DNA of 54,816 nt, counting the filler, from Sphacelaria rigidula (lineage: Eukaryota): NCBI GenBank assembly GCA_964200075.2. It is 5 parts of 5 records of this genome, joined end to end, with 100 filler letters (N's around TTAATTAATTAA, not from the genome) between each part and the next. Parts side by side here need not be neighbours in the genome. Positions count along the whole stretch, not along the records: positions 21,969 to 32,851 come from CAXNAA020005742.1; positions 32,952 to 43,834 come from CAXNAA020005743.1; 3 more parts are not named here. One strand, 5' to 3'. A program made the translations under genes and the position numbers. Under the pieces are notes generated by a model. That model made no database searches and was not told where the DNA came from. It saw only the letters and a program-made list of their open reading frames with translations. This document shows, in pieces, positions 23,323-36,489 of this stretch. Positions within the stretch are counted from its first letter, which is position 1. Each line of letters opens with the position of its first letter.

Positions 23323-25094
23323 CTGTTGAGTTGGGGGAAATATCAATCATCACACGTTGTGACAAAGAAAAGAAAAACGGAAACGAAAACGAAGAAAATT
23401 TTTAGCTTCAAAAGCGGCGCGCGCGGGCGTGTGTACCTGTGTATGTCACTCGTTAGCGCCGAGGGGACTACTGTACTCAAACATATGGAAACGGAGTGTG
23501 ACGTTTTCATGAACACATGAAACAAAAAACCGCGGAGTTCAGCCGTCATAACTACGATCAAGACTATTTTACCATTTCCCCCCTCCACGCCAGCGCTCGA
23601 GCCTTGGGCATAGTTATGAATCCTCTCGGGAAAAAATGAGCATTGACTAAAAAGGTCATTGATGGGAGTTCCCGTCACTATCTCAAGTGATTTCAATGCG
23701 GAGACCAATTAGAGCGCACACGAATCTGGATAATGACGGGATGACAAACACCCATCACCAGCCAATCCGGGTAGAGTGTTTTACTCCATTCCCCAATCCG
23801 GACATTCGTGTACATTTTCAAGTCTACACTGAAGCGCGAAGTCAAGGGGTCTCTGTCCGTGACGCAAACGATCCAAAGGCGTTCACCTTCACCCAGTCTA
23901 CCGCGGATCGCCAACGATTTCGCAGTACCGAGAAGTACTCGCCGTGTACCTGGAGGTATCGACTGCCGGAGATGTCGGATCTTCAGGGTATAACTGGGGG
24001 TATATCGACCAAAATAACACTGATACGTACCCCTGCCGGCACCCTACCCTCACTCAGGTATGTAAGATGATCGTGGTTCCCGCTGTTATCGTGAACTCAG
24101 CTCATGATGCGATGGGGGCGTGTCATGAGCAAAAACCTTTGGAGTTTGTCACAAAAAATGACGATCACTACACGGTGCCAACACAAAACACGTACCAGCA
24201 TGCCGCCGCGCACAGCGCAGAACAAGCGCGTTCAGTTGAAGGAACAGAAACGAGAGAAACTCGAAGAAAAGACCAAAAAACAGTCAGGGCTTCTCACTTG
24301 TCCCCCGCTGTAACACCACTGTTGTTGTAGTACCACCGACGCCTAGCCCGGTGCCGCCCAAACTTGATCAGTACTGACGGAATGTACGGTTCGTTGTGGT
24401 GCAATCCAGGCTACGCTACTAGGGCCCTTCCTCAGGTCTTGCAAACCAGCACATGCTTGTTTATGCGATTTTTTGTTCCTTGTTTTTTGTACGCAGGTTG
24501 CGACTCCTGTGATGGGTGCAGCTTCGTTACAATACCGCTCGACGCATATTTCCTGTCGCTGTACAAGCTGGTTCAGATTGAATACCTCAAATTTATTCCC
24601 CGACTGATATCGAACGCAATACAAGCTCAATTTTCACGAAACCGATATCGTAGTGTTTCCCACGAGCGACACAACAGCGTGACATCTTCTTTTTTCGGAA
24701 TTAGCGGTTGGGTACGGAGCAATAGGCGAAAACGTAGTCTCGGTCAATCAGCGGCCTCCAAACTGTCTAGAACTAAAAATACAATTTTCCAACCCAATAT
24801 GCTGCTCAATCTCTTCATTTTTTGTATCACAGCAGTAGTTGTTCACCAGCGAACCTCAGGAGGAAAAAAAAAACGCTTGTCCTGGCATGGAATTTTGCCT
24901 TAAAATATGATATTTCGGTAAGGACGACGTCAAATTTCCTGTTAATATAAGGGCTTACGGAGAGCCGGCGCCAACGTTTCCCTTTATATCTCCCCGAGGA
25001 AGGATTCAATCTTTCTCAAGCTTGGCAACTTGGTAAATGTTGACGCGGCGAAATACGAAAAAACATTCGGGAGGTGTTTCGACGGGTATAGGTG

Positions 25095-25155
25095 GGTTCT
25101 TGACCGGCTTTCGGGGGTCCCGGACTGAGGACCCTCGAAAGCCGGTACAAGAACC
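25095..25155. repeat. Short hairpin
   Basis: ggttcttgaccggctttcgggggtcc / ggaccctcgaaagccggtacaagaacc. Confidence 0.8.
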
Positions 25156-25353
25156 TCTTCTGCAAAAAAATAGAGAGTTCACGCGCTTCTCTGGTCCCCA
25201 AGGAACATTCGTACCAAGGTTGATGGGATAGCTCAAAAGACTGACAAGCCAGGGTCGTCTGCCGTAACAACAACGCCAAAAAACGTCCAAAGTATACTTT
25301 AATCAAGTAATTAGGGGGGCACGCAGACTTTTTTATACTTCAGCGCACGTTTT

Positions 25354-25649
25354 GGGATTTCCTCACGCCGTTTTTTCGAGTAAGACCACGAAAAATTTCA
25401 CACATGTTCTGGAGGGCACTATCTAAAACTCGAAGACCGGGGCTCAAAGGAATTTTTTTGTTGGTGGCTTTTTATCCAAGGTCGCGGTTGAACTACTTGA
25501 CCGGGGGAGGGGTCAGATCCCGACTATCTCGACACCAAAATTTAAAAACTAAAAAAAAAAACGGTCTTCGAGTTTTAGATAGTGCCCTCAAGAATATGCG
25601 TGCAAATTTTCGTGGTCTAACTCAAAAAAACGGCGCGAGGAAATCCCGG
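25354..25649. mobile_element. MITE-like inverted repeat inside the MAPEG intron
   Basis: Arms of about 85 bp: gggatttcctc...gagggcactatctaaaactcgaagaccg / cggtcttcgagttttagatagtgccctc...gaggaaatccc. Confidence 0.8.
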
Positions 25650-25750
25650 GGAATGAATTTTGGGCGTTCAATCTGAACCAGCTCGTCGTGGCTGTGGCGG
25701 GAGTATCTGGTTTGTGCACGTGCTTGTGAGGGAGTTGCGTGCTGGAGAGG

Positions 25751-25751
<1 letters not shown>

Positions 25752-25818
<67 letters not shown>
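25752..25818. repeat. (CA)n microsatellite
   Basis: Directly visible. Confidence 0.98.
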
Positions 25819-25820
<2 letters not shown>

Positions 25821-25859
25821 TTTTTCCTCAATGGCGTTCCTTTCGTGCTCGTGGCTTAC

Positions 25860-25944
25860 CTGGTGTGCTCGTTGGTAGCAGTTGAAAGCAACGCAGTTCG
25901 GGTCGGATTGCTCGGCGTACATCTGCGGGTACTTGATGTTATAC
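25860..25944 (-). CDS. MAPEG family, MGST3-like, internal exon
   Basis: cag|G-YNIKYPQMYAEQSDPNCVAFNCYQRAHQ|gtaagc; FNCxQRAHQ signature. First and last exons were not found in the contig. Confidence 0.92.
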
Positions 25945-28325
25945 CTGCAACATTGTCGCGGGCAAACACCGATCATGACATGGGACACGGACCACATCGC
26001 CGATGCACGATTATTTGGGCACGCACGCACGCACGCGAAATTCTGCAAATTTTCATGCGCAACGAAAATCCACCCCCCGTCTGTGTTCGTGTGGTGTGAC
26101 TCTGTGCGATCCCGTATCTTACTTGTACGACAACATGAAGTTACGAATATACGCGAGCTGATCGTCAAAATCCATGGTTTGACCATGTTTTTTAACGAAA
26201 AGCCTAACTCTCCAACCCTAACGGCGTATCTTCGCACATCATTCTTCGATCGAAAATGTGCGGCGGCAAAAGGATAAATCGTATTTCTGATGAGTCGTAC
26301 TTTCAAGTATCATCTCATTTTTTTTTGGGATCACGACCCCGTCGGATCGGATTTCACGTTTTCCACGACAATTTCCCGATCGAAAAAATGACTTGGTAAG
26401 AGACGGCCTACTCCCAACCCGAGGCGTACGTACTGAGAGCCCTCGATCATGGACGGAGGGTACAGAAGGTACACTCAGGTAAAAGGTGCGCGTTGGCAAG
26501 AGCTCGTGCGGCGCCGGTTTGAGCTCAAAACCCTTTCTGCGCGTGCTGGCGAGAACACGGGACTGTCAGCCCTGGAAAAAATATCAAGAGTGTAAGATGT
26601 GGTACACACTGTAACCAAGCACTCGTTCTACCCATGGATTTTGACGAAAAAGAGAACATGCGCAGTTTACTGCACTGCGACTCTCTCGGCTTATAAAAGG
26701 AAGGGTATGATCCCATTGAGAACGTTCCCCAATCCTCAACGTTGGCATTCATTCACTGAATCATACAGTTCAGGGAATCCGATGCCGATCTTGGAAGCAA
26801 TTTACCGAACAGCTCTGAAATATGGCCAACCCCCCCCCTGTCCCCCTCCAACCCCACCCCAGTGCTCCATCTCAAAAGGGATACGTGGTCAATGGTCAAA
26901 CGACGAAGGCACCCCCCCCCCAAAAGCATCTATTGAACAATGAGCTTGGGTACATGAATGAGGTTCGATCCCGGAACAGTGCTTCCCCTCGGCTAAACGG
27001 GTTCATAGCTGATGACTCCTTCATCTACCTCATGCCTGTTGATCGCGTGGATCCTCCTTGAGAGGTTTTCACGAAATTCGTACCCCCACAGGACTTTGCG
27101 AAAGCGCAAGGGAGATAAAAATTATTCCGCAGCAAACGTCCCTTTCCACTCAGCGATGTGGGCATACAGGGTTTGTGCGAAAAAAAACACTGCGGGACGT
27201 CATTCCCGCGATTGAGAGTCACGAGGTCAACGAAAGAGTCACTTTCTTTACAAGATTTTAGGCTCTGGGGAAACTGCTGTCCCAGGTCGAACCTTATTTT
27301 TGTACCCAACTTCACTTTTTTTCTTCATTAGACACTCTTTCAAGGTAGATAGATCAGACTCGACGACGGCTCGTACTCCTTGGGTTACCAAGCAGAGTAG
27401 GTATCACTCACTTTTTCCGAGCGCTCCCTACGCCGAATCCTGCAGAGATAGAACGGAGGAGGGCACGGGATGGGGCGGTGGGGGGCACAGAAGGACCGGT
27501 TTGTCTCGAAATCTTGCGAAATCCTAAAAAAAACGTATGCATTCACATGAAGCTTGCCTGCTGTACGCACAGAAAGAATCTTCCCACCACAAAGCCGCTG
27601 TGAGTAGAAAAAGGTAGCTAGCTACCCACAGCTTGATTGAATCTTGATTCGTAAAAGCGATGCGCCAGATGTACTCGGTGCTGTGGCTCACGATACTGAT
27701 GTTGTTTCAGAACACCTTCCATGTATTATCTTAATTTATCATTTCTTGAAAATATACTCGATAGGTGGTGGAAAAAAAATGCAAAAAAAAGGGGGCGTAC
27801 GATGGCAATTTAGCGCCGACATCCGCCAGAATACGCGGCTTGGTAGATTGTGCAACCTTCGCGACAAAGATAGGCTGCAATCACCGCGAGGAATGTAGCT
27901 CTCTCTTCCAAACTTCGTATCGTCCAGTTTATTTCGAGGTTGGATCAGCTATTTCTCATGCAACCCACGGAAAAAACTTCGAGTTATCCCGAAAATCACG
28001 TATCAAATATTTGAGAAACACGGGATTTCGGAAGTTATTTCGAGATTTCGTTAGTTCGGCCAAAAGTAAACCTGGAAGAAACAGAGATGGAAGAAGTGCG
28101 CTAATATGCGGTGGAATCATCTGTAGCACCCGTACGGGGCGGGGCGTCTTGAATTCATGCTCTTCTGCTTGGAGGCTCCCAGCATCGTAGGTGGGCTTGA
28201 TCGAAAGCTCTCGTTTCCGGAAGTGTGTTCGGAAAAAGAAAACAAGTGACTTGACCCTTTCACCGCCTGGGTGCAAAAAAAAATATCCTCCAAGTGAAAA
28301 TGATGCCGATTCCTTACATGACACC

Positions 28326-28679
28326 GGTCGTCCCCGTGGCTCAGTTGGTGACCTCGAAAACTTCTGACGGCTGGGTCGTGGGTTCGAATCTCGGAGCGGT
28401 CTGGGATTTTTTCTCACACCATGCCCAACAGTGCATTTCGATCATGTCGTGAGTACACGAAATTGGACCCAATGGTCGACGAGGGAAAGAGACTGCTTAA
28501 CCCCTCTCGCAATGAAAAATAAAACGCCAAGCACCGCAGAAGGAAGGTGGAGAACTAAAGCTAAACAAAAAAAACTCCTGTGTTGGCCTTCCTCCTGTGT
28601 GACTCCGGCAGGTGCGCCCACATTTACCGAAAGGTGTAGACCGGCGTCCAGAATAGATGGGAGGACAACACACACACAC
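28326..28679 (+). mobile_element. tRNA-derived SINE, family 1, with (CA)n tail
   Basis: A box tggctcagttgg, B box ggttcgaatc; full-length homology to 51791-52152 and 30048-30416. Confidence 0.9.
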
Positions 28680-30047
28680 TTACTTTGGCGGTCAAAGGGT
28701 CAAGGAAAGTCCCGAAATCCGGAAGAAAAAAAATGGTAGATAGGTTTCAAGTATGGAAACATGCTCGTTTGACAAACATCACAGACGGCTCGCCGGTAAT
28801 GTAGGTACAGTTACATTCTTGGGAAGCCTCTGACCACCGCCTTTTAACAAAGCCAACTCCGTCGAACTTTTGCTTTTTTTCTAGGAACCAATTTTTTCGT
28901 AGCACAGGAAGCGGCCCACTTGAATTGCTGTTGTATAACCCTTTGTCCATGAATTAGTCGGGTTCTTCACTGAAGAAGTAGCAGCATATATAAAAGGGCT
29001 CCGGGCCTATGGGGTAACTACTGTTTCCCTTGAATTGAATCCGCCGCGTTAATTTCAATTGCGTAAGCTATCTGTCATTTTCTGCCTCACGAAAGGGAAA
29101 AAATGTGAAAACAAACAACAAGCAGCTGTGATTTGGTGCCGGACATGTGGGGGCGTATCTCTCCATATATGCGGAGGTCAGTACACGATCCATACTCTGA
29201 ACGAAAGCCCCGAGCACGAGCCAACACGTGTAGTACATCAACTGCCGGATGCGGTCATGACTTTTGACGTAATCATTTCTCGAAAGGTGGGGCAAATACT
29301 GTACGAATTTTCAGCCTGGTGATGGTGTTTTCTTCCCTCTCAACAATGCTTTCGGTTGTTATCTGTGCTCGTGGGAAACGCATTGTGTTTCGACATTGAA
29401 GAAACACTCTTTATAAAAGAGCTAACTGCCCGAGGTCACCTTTGCTGGAAATACCCTCTCTCGCAGAATGCAGCAGAAGCATACACAAAACGAGCGATTG
29501 CTGACATGCTCAAGCAGGACATGCGTAAAGCGGCTGTTCGACGCGTGGCTTCATCCAATGCATGTTCTTTTGCCACAGCCACCCGGTCTGCTGCCACGAG
29601 CAACCTCATGATGCTGTACTTGGCTGTTGTTTTTCACGCTACTACTGTGTTGTGTTTTGAGAACCGTCCGATATATTCGCCCTCTTTGATCTCCTGCTGG
29701 TGCCGGGGTGATCAGTGGCAAGGGCAATACATCGGTGCTGAGCAAAAAAAGAGGCTCTCGAAAGTTTAGAGCAAAGTTTGCAGCACGCTTGCGTTTTGTC
29801 AGTTGTGTGCCCGGATACGTCCACCAAACCACGAGCTGTAGCCGTTACCGACCGTACATACAGTGCAGTAGCGTACACTCGTCGCAGCACGGCAGGCAAC
29901 TAGATCGCTACTGGATTTTTTCTGCGCTTCACTTCGAAAGCAACTCAAATTCTCCTGAGTCTGTCCGCAAACGGCGACCGCACCTGACCCCCCGACAGCC
30001 CAACCAGCGTTGCCGACACACACACCGTCCAAGAAGACTTTGTGAGT

Positions 30048-30416
30048 GTTGGTGTGTGTGTGGTGTCATCCCATTTATCATGGACACCAGTCTACCCTTC
30101 GGGATATGTGGGTGCATTAGCCGGTGTCACACAGGAGGAAGGTCAACACAGGTTACATCCTTATTTTTTTCTTTCATCACGCCACTTTTTTTTCTGCGGT
30201 CCTTGTCCTTCCTTTTATCGCGAGAAGAGTTCAGTGGTCCCTTTACCTCGTCGACCATGAAGTCGAACTTTGTGCACACACGGCATACTGACTGTAGTTG
30301 CTCTCCACTGTCAGGCATGGAAGTAAGAAGAAAAATCGACTTCTCCACCGAGACTCGAACCCACATCCCAATCGCGAGAAGGTGTCGAGGTTACCACCTG
30401 AGCCACCGGCGCGACC
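30048..30416 (-). mobile_element. tRNA-derived SINE, family 1
   Basis: Minus strand reads ggtcgcgccggtggctcaggtgg...ggttcgagtctcgg...ggtcgacgagg...ctcctgtgtgac...(CA)n. Confidence 0.85.
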
Positions 30417-31650
30417 GGCCTCCTGGACTGTGCAAAGGGTAACCAGGGGCCGTGTATAAAGTAGCTTACTCCATCGCTCAGTGCGGTGCCGATATGTTGC
30501 TTGTCATGGGACGCGCTATCCAACTGCGCGGCGGCCGACACGGCTGCTCCACAATTTCAACGGCGCCGCTGCACCTTTGAATCATATTTCTCTCCTCTAG
30601 GCGATCTGAATGGCTATGGACATCCATGTATTTCAATGAACTTTTAAATTGCGATGCGTTGGGCCGTTTCTGATCGTGACCAAAAAAAATTAAAAAAGAG
30701 AATGTAAATATGATCATTTGTGATTATGACTTGACGGTTCACAACTTACTATAATTACGAGAAGTCGCCCGCCTTTCTTATGGAAGGAAAACAAAAAAAT
30801 GATGATAGTGAGAGTGAGATGGCATGACGACACGTGAACATACTATGGACTCCCAGCAAGGCGACGATCATGCGCAAGGTGTATCGGCATTGTCGCTAAG
30901 TCGAAAGACGGATCATCTCTCGTACGAGGAAGAGAAGCGGTGCCGATACCGTTGCTGCTCCTGCTACCCTTCCTCATGCGAGGGACGGTCCGCGTTTCGA
31001 CCGTGTGGCGATGTACAAGAAAAGCGAGAACGCATCGTGACCGCGAGAGTGCTTTTGGCGGTTTGCGAAAGATCGGAGCGTAGCGGGATCTGCGGTTCGT
31101 GGGACGGGTACGAATGTGAATAATCTAGGCTAATGTGAGGGCAATTGTGGAACGGTGGATGCAAGCAAATAGGTCAGTCACGGAAATTGAGTTCCAAGCT
31201 TGGGGCAACGGGGGGAAATGGTGTTGCAGCTTAGTTTTTTTTTTTTGGATCACATCGTGTATTCACGATTGGGGTAAATAATACAATAATACCGTAGTCG
31301 GACCGGGAAGGACAGGGTTCGGGCATTGCGTATGACACGGTTTCAGAGGAAATAACAAGAGGCGTGTAGTAGGGAATAGGATGGCAGAGATGAACACATG
31401 CACAAATGTGCATGTTACGGTCTGGCTTGGTTGTGCGTTGCGTCACATTTGATTTTCATATTGTTAATCAATATTCTACGTTCATGAGAGGGGCAAATTG
31501 TATTTTTGTTTTTGTTTTGCCCTTTCGATTGGTCAAGAGCTGATGGGTAACCAACTGAAAAACATACTTTTTTTTTTTTGGTCAAAACCGCTAGAACCAA
31601 TCTCACTCTTACGGCGCGTTTTCACGTTTCCTGCCTCATGAAAATATGAC

Positions 31651-32145
31651 CTTAGGCTAGTTCTCATGTATCAAAAACCAAAACTTGGTGAAAAGTGCAT
31701 TTTTGGCCCTACTCCGTCGTTTTCCCCCGAAAAGAGGGCTGAGCGGCTGTTGACACCTTGGGATGACTTGCTCTACTCGCTGAAACGGTTCCAGAGTACC
31801 TTTGCGTTTCCCATACTGTACGTCACGGTTTTGTTTTTGGCCAAACTTGCATTTTCAATAACAAACGGTCAAGTTACCGAAAAAATGTCAAGTATTCCCA
31901 AGGTTTTCCGCCTGTTTTTAGATAACTTGACCATTTGTTGTTGAAAATGCAAGTTTGGCCAAAAACGAAACCATGAGCTACGGGAAACGCAAAGGTGCTC
32001 TGGAACCGTCTCAGCGAGTTGATCAAGTCATCCCAGGGTGTCGACAGCCGCTCAGCCCTCTTTTCGGGGGAAAAACGACGGAGAAGGGTCATAAAATGCA
32101 CTCTCAAACAATTTTTATATTTCGATACATAAGAAGTAGCCTTAG
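31651..32145. mobile_element. Foldback / MITE with arms of about 225 bp
   Basis: 31651-31877 is the reverse complement of 31923-32145 (e.g. cccccgaaaagagggctgagcggctgt, ttggccaaacttgcattttcaa). Confidence 0.9.
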
Positions 32146-32851
32146 CCCGTGACGACCGCCGTGCTGGAAATCCCTGTTCTGTTCGCATGCTCTTGTCACG
32201 TCATCAAGTTCTCTGAAGCATTTTTTCTTCGTTTCGCCTACGACGGAAAATACGGGATATTCCTCATTAACACAAGAGGTTGTTCACCGTCATACCATTT
32301 TCGTCGTCATCATTGCATTCGGATTATTTCTTGTCTCCACCAAAAGGGGCTTCAGTACCGAGGAGCAATACTACGAGAATGCGAAGGGGCCGTAAAATGG
32401 TTGTCAGGCGTGAACTGTTCGTCATCGTCATTCTCATGAGAGGTATATATCTCAAACTTGAGGTTACTGGTACATCCGATAGTAATATTTACATTTTACA
32501 GTCAAATATATCGGGAAACTTGAGTTCGAGATGCCTCTACACTACGATATGGCACAACGCCCATACATGGGGATAAAATTTTGTAGTGAAATGTGAAATT
32601 CAACCAATCAGAGGCCCTCCAGTGAGGAATCGGCGGAATCTAGGGCCAAGAAAATGCGATCTTCGTAGTGAATTATGTAGTGAAAAATGCTTGTGATTGG
32701 CTCGCAGGCTCGAGTCACACGTGTAGTGTACGCCGAGATGGATACAACACCAGCAGGGGAACAGAACTGCACGCAGACAAGCAGACAGCAAGTGGAATAT
32801 TGCCGTCGCAGTGGGTCATTGCGACGCTTGTGTATCAGTATATCACCATCT

Positions 32852-32951
32852 NNNNNNNNNNNNNNNNNNNNNNNNNNNNNNNNNNNNNNNNNNNNTTAAT
32901 TAATTAANNNNNNNNNNNNNNNNNNNNNNNNNNNNNNNNNNNNNNNNNNNN
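32852..32951. other. Artificial contig spacer
   Basis: N-run with TTAATTAATTAA. Confidence 0.98.
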
Positions 32952-32952
32952 G

Positions 32953-34584
32953 TTCGACTACTTCGGCCCTTTACCCCCAACTGACCGTGGTAATACCTAC
33001 ATTCTACTCTTCACCGACCGCTTCAGCCGTCACGCGGCTATGTATGCTGTTACTGCTAGCGATTTCACTGCTGCCGGCACAGCAGACATTCTCGTCCATG
33101 ACGACATTAAGCACTATGGCTGCCCGAAACGGCTCCTCTCCGACAATGGTCAACAATTTTGCTCCGAAGTCTCGGATGCTTTGTACAAGCTCCTCGGCAT
33201 TCGCAAAATTGCCACGAGCGCCTACCACCCTAACGGTAACGGTGGAACTGAACGTGTGAACCACACGATGGCTTAAATGCTATCCATGGTCGTAAACGAC
33301 CGACAAAATGATTGGGACCTTCATCTCTCGCATGTCATGTTGTCTTACAACAATTCGGTTAACGCGGCTACGGGCCTCTCGCCCAACGAGCTGCATCTTG
33401 GACGCTACCCTCGTCTACCCATCACCGTTTTCGAACGACATACCTTCGATGGTCACCAAGGTCTGGAACAGTATCAGATATCCTACCACGACCTCGCCAG
33501 GGCTCGTCAGCGCAAGGCTTTCACCTTGGTGCGCGAACAACACGCTATCAACGTCTCACGCCTTGAAAGATCCAATATCGCCCTCTACAATTTAATGCAC
33601 AAACGCCCTACTTGGAAGATCGGCGATTGGGTCTGGATCTACAACAGTTTATCCACCATCCGTCAAGGCGCTGACCGTCCAGTCCAGGCAACAGTCTTGA
33701 AGACGAAACTGTCTCTCAACTGGACAGGTCCGTTCAACATTCTCATAGTCGGACCCTCGCCGACATCTCCTGATGGCAAGCCCGTTGGCGACAAACTCCT
33801 CTACCTCGATTTACCTCGTGACCTCCAGGAACACGATGCTAAATGTCGCGTCTCTGTGCATCGTTGCAAGCCCTGCACAAACCCGCATGACACCACGGAC
33901 ATGCCTCAATACCTGCCTGCAGGTCTCACCCAATACGTGCTTAACAGCTACTCCACCAAATCTCTACCGGGCCACGTTACCACCGATGATGTGACTGAAC
34001 AACCTCTCCGCTTGGCCGTGTCCCACATTTCCGGCCATCAAATCATGTACAAGACACACTGGCAAGGTCTTCGACGTGCGTCTTGGGAACGCGAGTCCGA
34101 CCTTCACCTGCACCGTCGTGCTGTCCTTCTCTACTGGACACAATGCCCACAGCAACAGCTCGCTGACAACAAGGGATATCGCAACATGAGATGCGGCGCC
34201 GCAGCCCGCGAACTCCACCGCGACAAAGGACTACGTTTTGTAGCCGATGGTTACGAACTCGTACCCACCAAACAATGGGGCGAAAAGATTCGCGCAAAAC
34301 AACAACCGCTCCCTAAAAGCGCCTACTTGTGGTATAAGGGCAGCGATTACCTCTGGTGGCTAGGTCAGATCCACTCCGTCGGCGCCCCCGCGGCCGACAC
34401 ATACATCGTGCGTTTCCTCGACGATCCTGGGCCCGTTCAGCTCAAGCTTCGCCCCGGTTTTTACACGACTAGCCCCTCCGCACCCCGCGGTTCCTGGTGC
34501 CTACAACGCTTCAAGTCACACGGCCTACGCTGCGGCCTTCAGTGCAATATCGATCGTACACACGACATCAATGCGCCATCTTGA
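32953..34584 (+). pseudogene. Ty3/gypsy integrase (DDE core, chromodomain, C-terminal extension) with one premature stop
   Basis: FDYFGPLP...FTDRFSR...LLSDNGQQF...SAYHPNGNGGTERVNHTMA*ML...WD...YNNSVNAATGLSP; TAA at 33274-33276; NWTGPF; YKTHWQG...SWERESDL. Confidence 0.95.
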
Positions 34585-35180
34585 GTCCTATCTCTTCGCA
34601 CTCCCTTATCGCGATTTTGTTCACCTCCCCTCCCAGTTTGGTTCTGGTACTTCCCTTGTCCCCACTCAGGTACGCTCTACTCTTCACTTCTTCACCTACG
34701 ATGGCTCTCCTATCGCGGCTCATCTCTGCCCTCATCAACCTCTTCGACGACTTCTTCTGGACCTCTTCGCCCCCTTCCATTGGCCCCTACGCTGCAGCCA
34801 CTTTGTCTGGCTGGCACTCGACCCCATTCGGGTCCTTGAGTTTTTGTCTTCCTGTGTGAGATTACCATTGTGTCCTTTGCGGGGTTTTCCTTCGCTTTCA
34901 TCTATCTAGCGCGTCAAAGCATTGTGTACTTTCCCCGTTTGTTCGCTAGCTCGCCGCAGCATTGTGTGCTCCTGCGCAGTCAATCGCAATTGAGTATTGC
35001 GCTTTTTGAGGCACCTTTGGGTTTTCTTGTTTGAGGTGTGGGAGGATCGGGCACCGGGCTGGTCATTGCCCTCTTGTTTTCATTCTTTTTCGCGTTGTCT
35101 CCTCATGACTTGATGGGTGAGACAAGCCTCAATTTTAGTTGCTCTTGAGATTTCACCGCAACTCAGATAAAGGTTCGTCT

Positions 35181-35191
35181 GGGTGGGTGAG
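35181..35191 (+). promoter_or_regulatory. Putative polypurine tract
   Basis: gggtgggtgag immediately before the TG start of the LTR. Confidence 0.55.
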
Positions 35192-36489
35192 TGTCATGAG
35201 GGAGGAAGATAGAGAGGCGTTATTTGTTCTTTCAGACAGTTTTGGAGCAGGTTGGCTCACAGATCACTCGATCCAGCCACGGGAGTGCTCCCATAGTTCT
35301 GGGGAAGGTTGATGTACAGGCTACGTTATAGGGAAGATTGATGCGCAGGCTGGTATATCCTAGCTGGAGAAGATTAATGTGCAGGCTGACATGCCCTGGA
35401 CCCGAGGAGGCAAACGCTTTCTCGGGCTGGGTTCAGATAGGCTGCGTCGCATGTACCTCATGCACTCTCGTCCACTCTTGAGCTACCTTTCGAGCCGGAC
35501 CATCTGCTCCTACTGTTCATCTTTGGTGAGAACAGTGTGCTGGGCGATCAAGGGAATAATCAGTGAGAGATTAAAAGACATCAAGCCTTTGAGCTCCCTT
35601 TTGTTTGTTTGCTACTGTGACCAACAGTCACGTGAATCTGCACGTGTGTATCTGCAGCTTGTTTTACTCGGACACCTTGCGCGTTTGCGCATCTTGCCAA
35701 GCTTGCAGCACATTGATCATACCTAGGAAGGTGTGGAGACTGTCCATACTTCTCCCTATCACACTGGCGTCGACGGTAGGACCAACAGTCACGTGAATCT
35801 GCACGTTTGTATCTGCAGTTTGTTCTACTTGGACACCTTGCGCGTTTGCGCATCTTACCAAGCTTACAGCACATCGATCATACCTAGGAAGATGTGGAGA
35901 CTGTCCGTACTTCTCCCTATTACACTGGCGTTCGACTAGTTGACCGTGTCTTGCTTGGTTTTTCAGTAGCCCACGCGTATTCTCATAGCCTTGTTGCCTT
36001 GTCTAGCTGTCTCTTTCTGTAGCCCCCGTTTGCTGCTCCTCACGTTTGGTTCATCTGTATTTTTTCCCCCTAGTTAGTAGCAGTCTCAACAGTCCTTCGT
36101 TTTCGTTTAGCTTTTGGAGTGCTTTTTCTTTTGCTGTACTACAGTGCTGTCTCCCTGGATATCTTCCCGTTGCATCTCCGCCGCAGCAGCAACAATTGTA
36201 ACCTGCCATTTGTCCCTCTCCTGTTTTGGTCGCTCCTTTTGCTGGACCACACTCTTGCTTTGCAGTGCCCTTGTTCTGTTGTCATCGTCCTTTTCAACCC
36301 CGCCGAGCGCTGTGTCAGCTGGGTTGTTGTAAAGCTGCACGGACAGTTGACACTATACCTTACTGAACCGTTACAGAACACGCCGCTTCTATCTTACGGC
36401 GAAAGCGACTGCACCTTTTGTCCTTGCAGGACGTTGACACTTGTGTGTCACTGCTGTGTTTATAGCGCGGTGTCCTTTTACTCTTGACA
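35192..36489 (+). mobile_element. Putative single LTR, about 1.3 kb
   Basis: TGTCATGAG...CTCTTGACA terminal inverted match (8/9); lies between the integrase 3' region and the gag leader; no second LTR is present to confirm it. Confidence 0.65.
35619..35936 (+). repeat. 161-bp tandem duplication inside the LTR
   Basis: gaccaacagtcacgtgaatctgcacg... starts at 35619 and again at 35780. Confidence 0.95.

Noticed and set aside
30515-30540. QLRGG on the plus strand
   Set aside because: Different contig and no other ubiquitin-like residues; chance match
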